Part shown: piece by piece, positions 19,196 through 27,902 of the stretch
Layout: each line of letters starts with the position of its first letter
Numbering within the stretch: position 1 is the stretch's first letter
Source: Dehalococcoidia bacterium
Lineage (GTDB): Bacteria > Chloroflexota > Dehalococcoidia > Lucifugimonadales > UBA3495
Length of the DNA stretch: 64,000 nucleotides
Direction of reading: 5' to 3'
Assembly (NCBI GenBank): GCA_965237595.1
Contig: CBDEFY010000007.1
Location: 836,411-900,410 of the forward strand
Made by a program: the position numbers and the translations under genes
The notes under the pieces: generated by a model
Told to the model about the DNA's origin: nothing
The model's input: only the letters and a program-made list of their open reading frames with translations
The model's database searches: none

Positions 19196-21454
19196 CTAGC
19201 CGCGGGAGGGGGCGGGCATGCTGGAGCGGTCACGGGTGACGGAGATGCAACCGCGCACGCCGTCCAGCTTGGAGAAGAGCTTGTTCAGCTGGTCCAAACC
19301 GGTGGTATGGCAGGTTAGGGCCATGGTGACCGTGCCGTCGGCCCACTCTTCGGTGACCACCGAGGCGATGTTCACCCCCTCGTTGGAGACCACGGAGGTC
19401 ATGTCTCGCAGTAGTCCAACCCGGTCGTAAGCCTTCATGGTGACCCGCACCGGGTAGAGTTGTTGCTCTTGGCCCCACTGGACGTCCACCAGGCGCTCCG
19501 GCTCGTCCTCATGTTGAACGCTGGAGCAGTCCTGCTTGTGGACGGTGACTCCGCGAGCCCGGGTGATGAAGCCGATTATCGGGTCGCCGGGAATGGGGTT
19601 GCAGCACCGGCCCATACGCATGAGCAGGTCGCCAACGCCCAGGACGGTGATCCCGGAACTGGGGCTGGAAAGCGGTAGGTCGTTGCGTCGTTGGGTCAGC
19701 GGCGGTTCGGTCTCTTGGCCGATCTGGGCCAGACGGTGGGACAGCAGACTCTCAGCGATGGTGCCGGAGCCCAGATTAGCCAGCAGGTCGTCCATCGTGT
19801 CTACTTTGAACAGGCCCATCACTGTTTCATCATCGACCTTTTGGTTCAGCCGACGCAGCTCCCGGCGCATGACTTCCTTCCCCCGCTGGATGTTTGTGCC
19901 GCGCTCCTGTCTCCGGAACCATTGCCGAACGCTCTGCCGGGCGCCTGCTGAGCGGACGTAGCCGCGGTTGGGATTTAGCCAGTCCAGGCTGGGGCCCCGG
20001 TCCGCCTTGGAGGTGAAAATCTCAACCGTGTCTCCGTTCTCCAAGGAAGTGTCCAAAGAGACGAGTTTGCCGTTGACCTTGCCGCCGATGCAGCGGTGGC
20101 CCAGTTCGGTGTGGATTTTGTAGGCGAAGTCCACCGGAGTGGAGCCTGCGGTCAGTTCAACGATCCGGCCTTTGGGCGTGTAGACGAAGACTTGGTCCTG
20201 AAAGAAGTCCTGCTTAACCGACTCGATGAACTCGGCGGTCCCGGCAACTTCCCGCTGCCACTCCAGTAACTGCCGCAGCCAGGTCATCTTCTCTTCGAAC
20301 TGTTGGTCGCGGGAATTGCCTTCTTTATAGGCCCAGTGGGCCGCGACGCCGTACTCGGCGATCTGGTGCAGCTCGTAGGTTTTGATTTGCACTTCCAGAG
20401 GCATCCCGCCGTCGCAGATGACGGTGGTGTGCAGCGCCTGGTACATGTTTTCCTTGGGATTGCCGATGTAGTCATCGAACTGACCGGGGATGGGGTGCCA
20501 CATCTGGTGGACCACACCCAGGGACTTGTAACAGTCCTCGGTCTCGTTGACCAGCACCCGCAATGCAAAGAGGTCGTAGATGTCCCCGAAGTCCTTTCCC
20601 TGGTCTTGGTACTTCCGCATCTTGAGGTAGGTGCTGTAGATGCCCTTGGGCCGGCCGATCACTTCGGCGGTGACGCCATACCCGGCCAACTCTTCCCGCA
20701 GCGCGGTAGAAACATTCTCGATGTATTCCTCGCGCTCGGTGCGCTTGGAAGCCAGAGTCTTGGAAATCTCCCGGTACTTCTCCTCGTTCAGGTGCCGAAA
20801 CGCCAGGTCATCCAGCCGCCATTTAATCTCCCAGATGCCCAGACGGTGGGCCAAGGGGGAATAGATGTCCAGGGTCTCTTGGGCGATGCGTTTCCGCTTC
20901 TCCGGGGGCAGGGCGTCCAGGGTCTGCATGTTGTGCAAACGGTCGGCCAGCTTTATCAGCACCACCCGGATGTCCTCCGCCATGGAGACGAGCATCTTGC
21001 GCAGGCTTTCGGCGTGGAGGTGCTCCGCATCGTCGATAAGGTTTTCGACATCTTCCTTGGGGAGATGGAGCTTGTCGTCCATGCGAGTCAGCTTGGTGAC
21101 CCCGTCAACCAGTTTGGTCACTTCGGGCCCAAACCGCTGGTCAATCTCCTCCAGAGAAACATCGCAGTCTTCGACTACGTCATGGAGCAGGGCGGCGACA
21201 ATGGTGTGGGAGTCCAGGTGGAGGTCGGCGAGGAAGAGGGCGGTTTCCAGAGGGTGGGCGATATAGGGACCGCCCGATTCGCGCATTTGGCCTTCATGAC
21301 ACTGGTCGGCAAAGTGGTAGGCCTGCCCCACCAATTTGGTGCTTTCCTCGGGCAGATAGGTGCCGACCCTCTCGATAAGGGTCTTTGCGCCTTCTGAAGC
21401 TACCTTATCCTTAGCTACCACTGTCCTCTGATAATAATACAAGGGCCTTATCAA
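19196..21454 (-). CDS. rel: bifunctional (p)ppGpp synthetase/hydrolase, RelA/SpoT family
   Basis: HD domain (HPLETALFLADLHLD...LLHDVVED), synthetase (YIGNPKENMYQALHTTV), and TGS and ACT regions. The exact start is uncertain. Confidence 0.9.
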   Translation of the reverse strand: MIRPLYYYQRTVVAKDKVASEGAKTLIERVGTYLPEESTKLVGQAYHFADQCHEGQMRESGGPYIAHPLETALFLADLHLDSHTIVAALLHDVVEDCDVSLEEIDQRFGPEVTKLVDGVTKLTRMDDKLHLPKEDVENLIDDAEHLHAESLRKMLVSMAEDIRVVLIKLADRLHNMQTLDALPPEKRKRIAQETLDIYSPLAHRLGIWEIKWRLDDLAFRHLNEEKYREISKTLASKRTEREEYIENVSTALREELAGYGVTAEVIGRPKGIYSTYLKMRKYQDQGKDFGDIYDLFALRVLVNETEDCYKSLGVVHQMWHPIPGQFDDYIGNPKENMYQALHTTVICDGGMPLEVQIKTYELHQIAEYGVAAHWAYKEGNSRDQQFEEKMTWLRQLLEWQREVAGTAEFIESVKQDFFQDQVFVYTPKGRIVELTAGSTPVDFAYKIHTELGHRCIGGKVNGKLVSLDTSLENGDTVEIFTSKADRGPSLDWLNPNRGYVRSAGARQSVRQWFRRQERGTNIQRGKEVMRRELRRLNQKVDDETVMGLFKVDTMDDLLANLGSGTIAESLLSHRLAQIGQETEPPLTQRRNDLPLSSPSSGITVLGVGDLLMRMGRCCNPIPGDPIIGFITRARGVTVHKQDCSSVQHEDEPERLVDVQWGQEQQLYPVRVTMKAYDRVGLLRDMTSVVSNEGVNIASVVTEEWADGTVTMALTCHTTGLDQLNKLFSKLDGVRGCISVTRDRSSMPAPSRG

Positions 21455-21669
21455 AGTCTATACAGGCGTCGAAATGTACCGCCCATCGTCGGCGGCGAGA
21501 GGATTAAGTTCCACCGCCAGGGCGTTAACTGCGGCGCGGCAATCAGTTAGGGGCCAGCGCCGATGTGAGCCCGATAAGACCGGCACCCGCCACAAGACCG
21601 AGGCCTCTTACGCAACAGCCTGAACATCCCCCCTTTCGTAAAGGGGGCTGGGGGGATTTCCGCCCGCAC

Positions 21670-22230
21670 CTAAACCGGCAACGGTGGCTCGGTGATGTCG
21701 GCTGGCAGGCCAACATCGAAGGCGTTTATGTTAAAGGCCAAGGACGAGTAATACCCCATCAGGTTGGTCAGTTCCACTAGACCCCGGACGCCGAACTGGG
21801 TCTGGGCGGCATCGAAAGTGGACTGGTTGACCTTGTGGGTGCGGAAAAACTCCCGCCCGTAGTCGACCACCGCCGATTCTTGGGCCGACAGATTGGGCAG
21901 GTCCTTCTTGTCGCGCAGGTTGTCAACCAATTCGTCGCTTAGCCCCGATTGGCGGCCAAAGGCGGCGTGGGCGTTCCAGATGAACTGGCAGTCCAGCTCC
22001 CGGGCGGTCAATATCATGGCCAACTCCCGCACGTTGGCTGGCAGACTGGACTCGTCGCCCCGGATGTAGGCCCTCAAGTGCTCGCCCCGCTTGGTGAGTT
22101 CGGGGACGTTGATCATTACGGCGATGGGTCCGATGTCCGGCACGCTGCCGCGCTGGCTGACCAATTCGTCAAAGGCGGCCAGTTGGTCTTGGGGTACGCT
22201 CTCTCTGCTGGCTGTGGGGATTCGTGCCAC
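21670..22230 (-). CDS. carboxymuconolactone decarboxylase (AhpD-like) family protein
   Basis: 186 aa. RELAMILTARELDCQFIWNAHAAFGRQSGL is the typical CMD-family pattern. Confidence 0.85.
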   Translation of the reverse strand: MARIPTASRESVPQDQLAAFDELVSQRGSVPDIGPIAVMINVPELTKRGEHLRAYIRGDESSLPANVRELAMILTARELDCQFIWNAHAAFGRQSGLSDELVDNLRDKKDLPNLSAQESAVVDYGREFFRTHKVNQSTFDAAQTQFGVRGLVELTNLMGYYSSLAFNINAFDVGLPADITEPPLPV

Positions 22231-22350
22231 TTTTGCCTCCCGTTAATCTCAGTTGGTGTGTTCGCCAAAGCCTGGCGGGCATCACATGATACAACAGCCG
22301 CTGGCGGCAGGTGTGGCAAGCCATCCCAAACTAAAGTAATCTTGACCAAC

Positions 22351-23871
22351 ATGTCTTCGATTAACTCCGGGTCCAACGCAGGCAGCGGGACGTCTCTAAC
22401 CCGCAGCGGCAACTACAAGTACTGGGTATTTGGGGCCCTGGCCATCGGCACATTCGCCTCGGTGGTCGACCATGGCAGCGCCAACGTGGCGTTGCCCACC
22501 ATCGCCCGCCATTTCCAGACCGACCTGCCCACCATCCAGTGGGTGGTCATCACCTATGCCCTGACCATCAGCGCCCTGCTGTTGCCCATGGGACGGCTCT
22601 CGGACCTCATCGGACGCAAGAAGGTCTACATCGCAGGGACGTTGGTGCTGGCTCTTGGGGCCGCGATGTCTGGGCTGTCACCCACATTGGAGCTGCTGTT
22701 TCCCTCCCGTTTCCTGCAGGGTATCGGGGCCGCCATGACCCAGGGCACCGGCATGGCCATCATCACGGCGGCTTTCCCCGCCAACGAAAAGGGACGGGCC
22801 ATCGGGCTTATCATGACCATGGTGGGGGTGGGCGCGGTTGCCGGTCCGGCCGTCGGAGGCGTGGTGGTCGATGCCTTCGGCTGGCGCGCGGTGTTCTTCC
22901 TGACGCTGCCCCTAGACCTCATCGGCGCGGCGGCGACGCTGTGGGTGTTGCGGGGCTGGCCGGAGGTCCGGGAGACCGGGGACACCCGTTTCGACTGGTT
23001 GGGAGCGGCGTTATCCGCCGGGATCCTGGTGGTGTTGCTGGTGGCCATGACCACCGGCAACAAGGCCGGTTGGTTATCGCTCCCCATCTTGGGCGCCTTC
23101 GCCGGTGCCGCCATGATGCTGGGCGCCTTTATCTGGTGGGAACTGCGCACCAGCGCACCGATGCTGGACCTGAGACTGTTCAAAGGAAGGACATTTTCCT
23201 TCGGGGTATCGGCGGCTTTTCTGACCTTCTTGGGGTCGTCGGCGGTCTTGTTTCTCATGCCGTTTTATCTACAGAACGTTCTTGGCTATAGCGCCAAGAC
23301 GGCCGGTTTTGTCGTGGTGCCAGGCGCTCTGTGCATGGCGGTGTTGGGGTCAGTCAGCGGGGTGCTCTCAGACCGGTTCGGTTGGCGTCCCTTTACCGTT
23401 GGCGGCCTGGCGGCCTCGGCTACGGGACTGCTCATCTTGTCGCGGCTAACCGAAACTTCGTCCTTATGGATGGTGGTGCCGGCGATGATGCTGATGACCA
23501 GCGGCATGGGGACCTTCTATTCGCCCAACACCAGTTCGATGATGCACGCCGTAAGCCAAGCCAAGTACGGTGTGGTGTCTGGGTTCTTGAACTTGGTGCG
23601 GAATGCGGCCAATGTCTCCAGCATCGCCATCGCAACCATCATCGTGACCACCACCATGGGCTCTCTTGGATTCGAGCCCAGCTTGGAAGCAGTGCGCGGC
23701 GACACGGCGGGGGTGGGCCACGCCTTTACCGTGGGACTCCGCTACTCCTTCTTGGTCATGATGGGAATGGTACTCTCGGCGATGACAATATCGGTCCTCC
23801 AAGGAGGCCGCGCCGCGTCTCCGGATCCAGCGGATGTAAGGGACTTGGAAGAGTCCCAAGCCGAGGTCTAG
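22351..23871 (+). CDS. MFS transporter, DHA2 (EmrB/QacA-like, 14-TMS type)
   Basis: MSSINSG...ALPTIARHFQTDLPTIQWVVITYALTISALLLPMGRLSDLIGRKKVY. Start moved to ATG 22351 inside ORF 21949..23871. Confidence 0.85.
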   Translation: MSSINSGSNAGSGTSLTRSGNYKYWVFGALAIGTFASVVDHGSANVALPTIARHFQTDLPTIQWVVITYALTISALLLPMGRLSDLIGRKKVYIAGTLVLALGAAMSGLSPTLELLFPSRFLQGIGAAMTQGTGMAIITAAFPANEKGRAIGLIMTMVGVGAVAGPAVGGVVVDAFGWRAVFFLTLPLDLIGAAATLWVLRGWPEVRETGDTRFDWLGAALSAGILVVLLVAMTTGNKAGWLSLPILGAFAGAAMMLGAFIWWELRTSAPMLDLRLFKGRTFSFGVSAAFLTFLGSSAVLFLMPFYLQNVLGYSAKTAGFVVVPGALCMAVLGSVSGVLSDRFGWRPFTVGGLAASATGLLILSRLTETSSLWMVVPAMMLMTSGMGTFYSPNTSSMMHAVSQAKYGVVSGFLNLVRNAANVSSIAIATIIVTTTMGSLGFEPSLEAVRGDTAGVGHAFTVGLRYSFLVMMGMVLSAMTISVLQGGRAASPDPADVRDLEESQAEV

Positions 23872-23875
23872 CCGA

Positions 23876-24211
23876 CTACAGCGGACTGCCGCCCAGCAGA
23901 CCGGCGAACCGGAGACTCCACAGCACGGCCGCTATTACGGTGGATGCAATCAACGTAACCGTGGCCCGGTTCTTCCACGCGGGTCCCCGCCAACTGCCAT
24001 GGGATGGCGCCAGCCACCAACCCCGCGCCAACATGAGCAGGGTGATGACCAAGAACGGCCAGGTGAGCGCCTGCAACGCAGGCGCCAAGGCCAGCCCGGT
24101 TGATGTCCCGCCGAAAACACCGAGCAGGCCCGGGACCACTCATCACCAAGGAAGTGGCAGCAGTCCGCTGAGCAGGCCTACAAAAGGCTTTTCCACGTGC
24201 AGTAGTTTCAT
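23876..24211 (-). CDS. MerT-like small membrane protein with tandem in-frame TGA TGA (candidate Sec-Sec, or a pseudogene)
   Basis: ATG 24211: MKLLHVEKPFVGLLSGLLPLPW, then TGA TGA at 24145..24140, then VVPGLLGVFGGTSTGLALAPALQALTWPFLVITLLMLARGWW... in the same frame. Confidence 0.5.
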
Positions 24212-24308
24212 GTTCCTCGAACCTGTTTTGTCAGATGGATTAGGAACTAGAGGCTATTTCAAAAACCGGTACGAACCGCGGTCAGGTCCCTATTTTAAGA
24301 TACAAGGC

Positions 24309-24671
24309 TCAGTCCTCCACCAAAGTCCGGGTGACGTCCACGGTGGCGTAGGACCAGGCAATCTTGAAGGGTGTTGTGCCGGTGTTGATCAGCCGGTGTT
24401 GGGCGCCCGGCGTGATGAAGGCGGCGTCGTACTGGCGCACTTGGTTCTCTTGTCCGTTAATCATCAAGATGCCCTCACCCTCGATCACAATCACCGACTC
24501 TTCGGCGTTGTGGTAGTGGGTGGTGTTGGATGTGCCCGCCTCGAAGGTGGTGATGCCGCTGGAAATCTCGGTGGCGCCTACCTCTTTGGTAACGCTGCTG
24601 GCGACGGTGACTCCCGGAGCGCGTTCCAGGCTGCTGACTTCTTCTCTTTTGATCACCCGTGGTTCAGCCAT
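24309..24671 (-). CDS. cupin-domain protein
   Basis: MAEPRVIKREEV...THYHNAEESVIVIEGEG...ITPGAQHRLINTG. ATG 24671. Confidence 0.8.
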   Translation of the reverse strand: MAEPRVIKREEVSSLERAPGVTVASSVTKEVGATEISSGITTFEAGTSNTTHYHNAEESVIVIEGEGILMINGQENQVRQYDAAFITPGAQHRLINTGTTPFKIAWSYATVDVTRTLVED

Positions 24672-24682
24672 CTTGAACTCCT

Positions 24683-26131
24683 TTATTCCTTGGCCAAAAA
24701 ATCCCGCACCACAGCACTGGCGGGCTCCCGGTCGGTCATGTCGTACAGAATTATGGAATTGCGGACCGAGTCGGCCTGGAAGAACCGCTCGTAGAGTATT
24801 TGCCGGGCCCCGAAGGCGCTGCAGCTCACGTCCCAGGCTAGTCGGAACAGCTTCACCCGGTCCCGGGCCGATGTGCTGTCGGTTTCCAGGTAGCGGTTGA
24901 TTTCCTCGGCCAACGGACATTCCATGTCGGCCTCGGTGGGCAGGGCCATCAGGCTGCTGGAACCCAACAGGTGCAGTATCTCGCCCATGCGCGGGTACAT
25001 TCGGATGAACATGTTGCGGGCCACCTGCAAGGGCAACTCCGCGGGACACATCACACCCCATTGGTCAATCTTAGCGTCGACCTCCGCCGCCCGCAGGCAG
25101 GACTTGGTGACTTCCAGGTTCTCGATAATCTCGGCAATCATGCCTTGGACCTGGGGCTGTTCGCTGGAACCCAGGGTTTCGGTCATCAGGTTGGCCAAAC
25201 CCAAAACGAACTCGCATTTGGCCAGGTTCTTGGTCACCACTTGATGGCCCGAGTGGAGGTGCCGGTTGGTAGCTTGCTGTAAATTGTTGCAAAGCTCCAC
25301 GTCGCCCAAGAGAAACACCCGCTCCCAGGGCACCAGAACATTGTCGAAGAAGGCCACTGCATCCATCTCCTCGAAACGTGAACCCAAGGCATGGTCGAAA
25401 TGGGTGCGCTCGAGGTCGAAGCTCTCCCGGCATTGGAACTTGAGGCCCGGAGTGTTGCAGGGAATGGCGAAGGAGGTGGGGCTGGGCGCGTTGTTCGGCA
25501 GCATGTGGGAAGTGGTTGGATACAGTGCAATCTCTTCGGATAGAGGGGCCAAAGTTGCCAACACCCGCGCTCCGTGGACAATGATCCCGGCGTCGGTCTC
25601 TTTCACCACCGAGAGGGCGATGTCCGTCCGGTCCTCCAGAGGAGTCGCGCCGGGGGCCCGATTGCGTTGCAGGTTCAGCAGTGTGTGGGTCAATACCAGG
25701 TCGTTCTCCCGGACGTACTCGTAGTAGTTTTGGATATTCTTTTTGAACTCGGGACGGTTCTGGGCGAAGTAGTCGCCGGCGGCGGCCATGGCCATCATGT
25801 TCACGTTCATAAAGTCAGGGCTGCGGCCCATCATCCCACAGGTGGCCTGGGACCAATGGTGCATCATCACCCGGCGGCGCTCCAGGTCCTCATGGGTCCG
25901 GGGGGTGATGAAAGACAGGCCCACCCGGTCACTGGTGGTGGGCGAATCGTAGGTCATCTCGTCCTGCAACTTGGCATCGTGCTGCATGTCCAGCAGATTG
26001 GCCATGGTCTGCACCCCGTTGCGCAGGCCGGGGTGGGTGGTGATGTCTTTGACTTTCTTGCCGTTGAGGTAGACGACCGGGGAATTTTCCCTCAGACCTT
26101 TGATGTATTCCGCTCCGGTCCTGGCTGGCAT
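24683..26131 (-). CDS. HpaB-family flavin-dependent aromatic monooxygenase, oxygenase component
   Basis: 482 aa. MPARTGAEYIKGLRENSPVVYLNGKKVKDITTHPGLRNGVQTMANLLDMQHD. Confidence 0.85.
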   Translation of the reverse strand: MPARTGAEYIKGLRENSPVVYLNGKKVKDITTHPGLRNGVQTMANLLDMQHDAKLQDEMTYDSPTTSDRVGLSFITPRTHEDLERRRVMMHHWSQATCGMMGRSPDFMNVNMMAMAAAGDYFAQNRPEFKKNIQNYYEYVRENDLVLTHTLLNLQRNRAPGATPLEDRTDIALSVVKETDAGIIVHGARVLATLAPLSEEIALYPTTSHMLPNNAPSPTSFAIPCNTPGLKFQCRESFDLERTHFDHALGSRFEEMDAVAFFDNVLVPWERVFLLGDVELCNNLQQATNRHLHSGHQVVTKNLAKCEFVLGLANLMTETLGSSEQPQVQGMIAEIIENLEVTKSCLRAAEVDAKIDQWGVMCPAELPLQVARNMFIRMYPRMGEILHLLGSSSLMALPTEADMECPLAEEINRYLETDSTSARDRVKLFRLAWDVSCSAFGARQILYERFFQADSVRNSIILYDMTDREPASAVVRDFLAKE

Positions 26132-26314
26132 GGTCTGACCTCCGTGCTACGGGTTCCGGGCTACGGCCCGCTGGCCGGCGCTGCTCAATATCAGGGCGAT
26201 TGGGAATATCGAACGGTGAGATATTACCATGCCCCAGCTTCGTTGCCACTGTCGCACAAAGGGCGTACCATGCGCCTGCCCGAGCGTGGTAATCAGTTAT
26301 CGGAGATTGGAGAT

Positions 26315-26632
26315 ATGTACGTGATAATCGTGCCCATCCAGATACAAGAAGGACACCGGGAAGAGTTCCTGGAGGCCCTGATGGTAGACGCCAAGGGGGC
26401 CAACAATGATGAGCCCGGCTGCCTGCGGTTCGACGCGGTCCAAGACGCCGAAGACGACCACCGCATCTGGCTTTATGAGGTCTACAAGGACGAGGCAGCC
26501 TTCCAGGCCCACTTGGCCGCGCCACACTTTGCCGTATTCAAGGAAGCGGCTGATAAGTGGCGGGTAGAGGGTATCCAAGGGTCCGCCAGGGGGAGCAAAA
26601 ATCTTTACCCCACCGACGCCGAGTGGCGGTAG
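26315..26632 (+). CDS. antibiotic-biosynthesis-monooxygenase (ABM) domain protein
   Basis: MYVIIVPIQIQEGHREEFLEALMVDAKGANNDEPGCLRFDAVQDAEDDHRIWLYEVYKDEAAFQAHLAAPHF. Confidence 0.8.
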   Translation: MYVIIVPIQIQEGHREEFLEALMVDAKGANNDEPGCLRFDAVQDAEDDHRIWLYEVYKDEAAFQAHLAAPHFAVFKEAADKWRVEGIQGSARGSKNLYPTDAEWR

Positions 26633-26702
26633 CCGCCGGTTCCTATCCCAGTTCCCGTTTATGGTGCCGATGTGAAGAACGAAATTATTTCGGAGGGCCG
26701 CA

Positions 26703-27098
26703 ATGACTAAGACCATCCTTCGGAGCGCCAAGGTCGCCCCACCAGGCGGGATAATGTCCCAGGGAGTTGAGGTGCCGGCAGGCAAGATGGTGTTCGTCTC
26801 GGGTCAGGTGGCGAGGGACCCGGACGGCAGTGTTGTCGGCGTGGGCGATGTCACCGCCCAGACCCGTAAGGTGTTGCAGAACATGCAGGCAGTGTTGGCC
26901 GAGTCCGGGGCCACCATGGATGATGTGGTGAAAGTCACGGTATTCGTCACCAACTTGGAGCAGCACTTCGCCGCCATCCATAAGGTGCGGGGCGAGTTCT
27001 TCAAGAGCGACTACCCGGCCAGCACCATGGTGGAGGTGAAATCCCTGGTCCACGAGGACATGCTCATCGAGATCGAGGCCATTGCGGTGGTGCAATAG
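26703..27098 (+). CDS. RidA/YjgF family protein
   Basis: 131 aa. FVSGQVARDPDG...DVTAQTRKVLQNMQAVLAESGATMDDVVKVTVFV...IEIEAIAV. Confidence 0.9.
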   Translation: MTKTILRSAKVAPPGGIMSQGVEVPAGKMVFVSGQVARDPDGSVVGVGDVTAQTRKVLQNMQAVLAESGATMDDVVKVTVFVTNLEQHFAAIHKVRGEFFKSDYPASTMVEVKSLVHEDMLIEIEAIAVVQ

Positions 27099-27127
27099 CT
27101 GAAAGCCATCAGCATTCAGGACATAGG

Positions 27128-27160
27128 AAAGGGCGTCCCAATTCATCGGGACGCCCTTTT
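27128..27160. terminator. bidirectional rho-independent terminator
   Basis: AAAGGGCGTCCC-loop-GGGACGCCCTTTT lies between the convergent RidA and VOC genes. Confidence 0.75.
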
Positions 27161-27188
27161 GCCTTTCCGGGGAATAACCGATCGGTTT

Positions 27189-27692
27189 CTAGCTCTTGGC
27201 TGATACGCCGTCAGGCTGAAGTTCATTTTCCCAAGGGCCGGGGAAATTGCCCATGACGCGGTCGCCGTGCATGAAGAGCTTTTCCTGACGTTGCCATTCG
27301 CTCCGCGGCGTCTCGTAGTAGACCTCGATGCCGTTGCCGTCGGGGTCCTCTAAATAAATGCCCAAGGACAAACCGTGGTTGGAGACCCGCTTAATCTCCA
27401 CGCCCTTTTCGTGCAGGTTGTTGTAGAAGTCGGCTAGGTCGGCCAGGTTATCCATGCGCCAGGCCATGTGGTTCAGGCCCACCTGTCCCTGATGGGGGCC
27501 TTCGGCGTCGGCGCCCACCTCCATCAGAGCAATCTCATGGGACTCATCCAGGTTGGCCGACATGAATGCGGCTCGCCCAGCCAGGAAGTCGTAGGTGTGC
27601 AGACCCAAGACGTCCTCGTACCACTGGCGCGATGCCTCTGCGTTCCGAACATAAATGTTCACATGACCCAAGTGGCTTGGTGTGTAACCCAT
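27189..27692 (-). CDS. VOC/glyoxalase-family (extradiol dioxygenase-like) protein
   Basis: MGYTPSHLGHVNIYVRNAEASRQWYEDVLGLH...LNHMAWRM...GLSLGIYLEDPDGNGIEVY. Start moved to ATG 27692. Confidence 0.85.
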   Translation of the reverse strand: MGYTPSHLGHVNIYVRNAEASRQWYEDVLGLHTYDFLAGRAAFMSANLDESHEIALMEVGADAEGPHQGQVGLNHMAWRMDNLADLADFYNNLHEKGVEIKRVSNHGLSLGIYLEDPDGNGIEVYYETPRSEWQRQEKLFMHGDRVMGNFPGPWENELQPDGVSAKS

Positions 27693-27902
27693 CGTTCTTC
27701 TCCAATTATAGAGTAGGCTTACGTCGTAAAAATTACCACAACCGGCGGAAGTTACGCAACCGGCCGGCGCGGCCGGGTTCCCACAGGTACGCGAGCGCAG
27801 TATCCACCCTCGTACCGACTGGCAACACTGCCCGTGCATTCACGTCCTCGCCCAGGCGCTGGTGATACAATATTTCCGGCGGGGCCGTAGCCTCGGCGCG
27901 CC

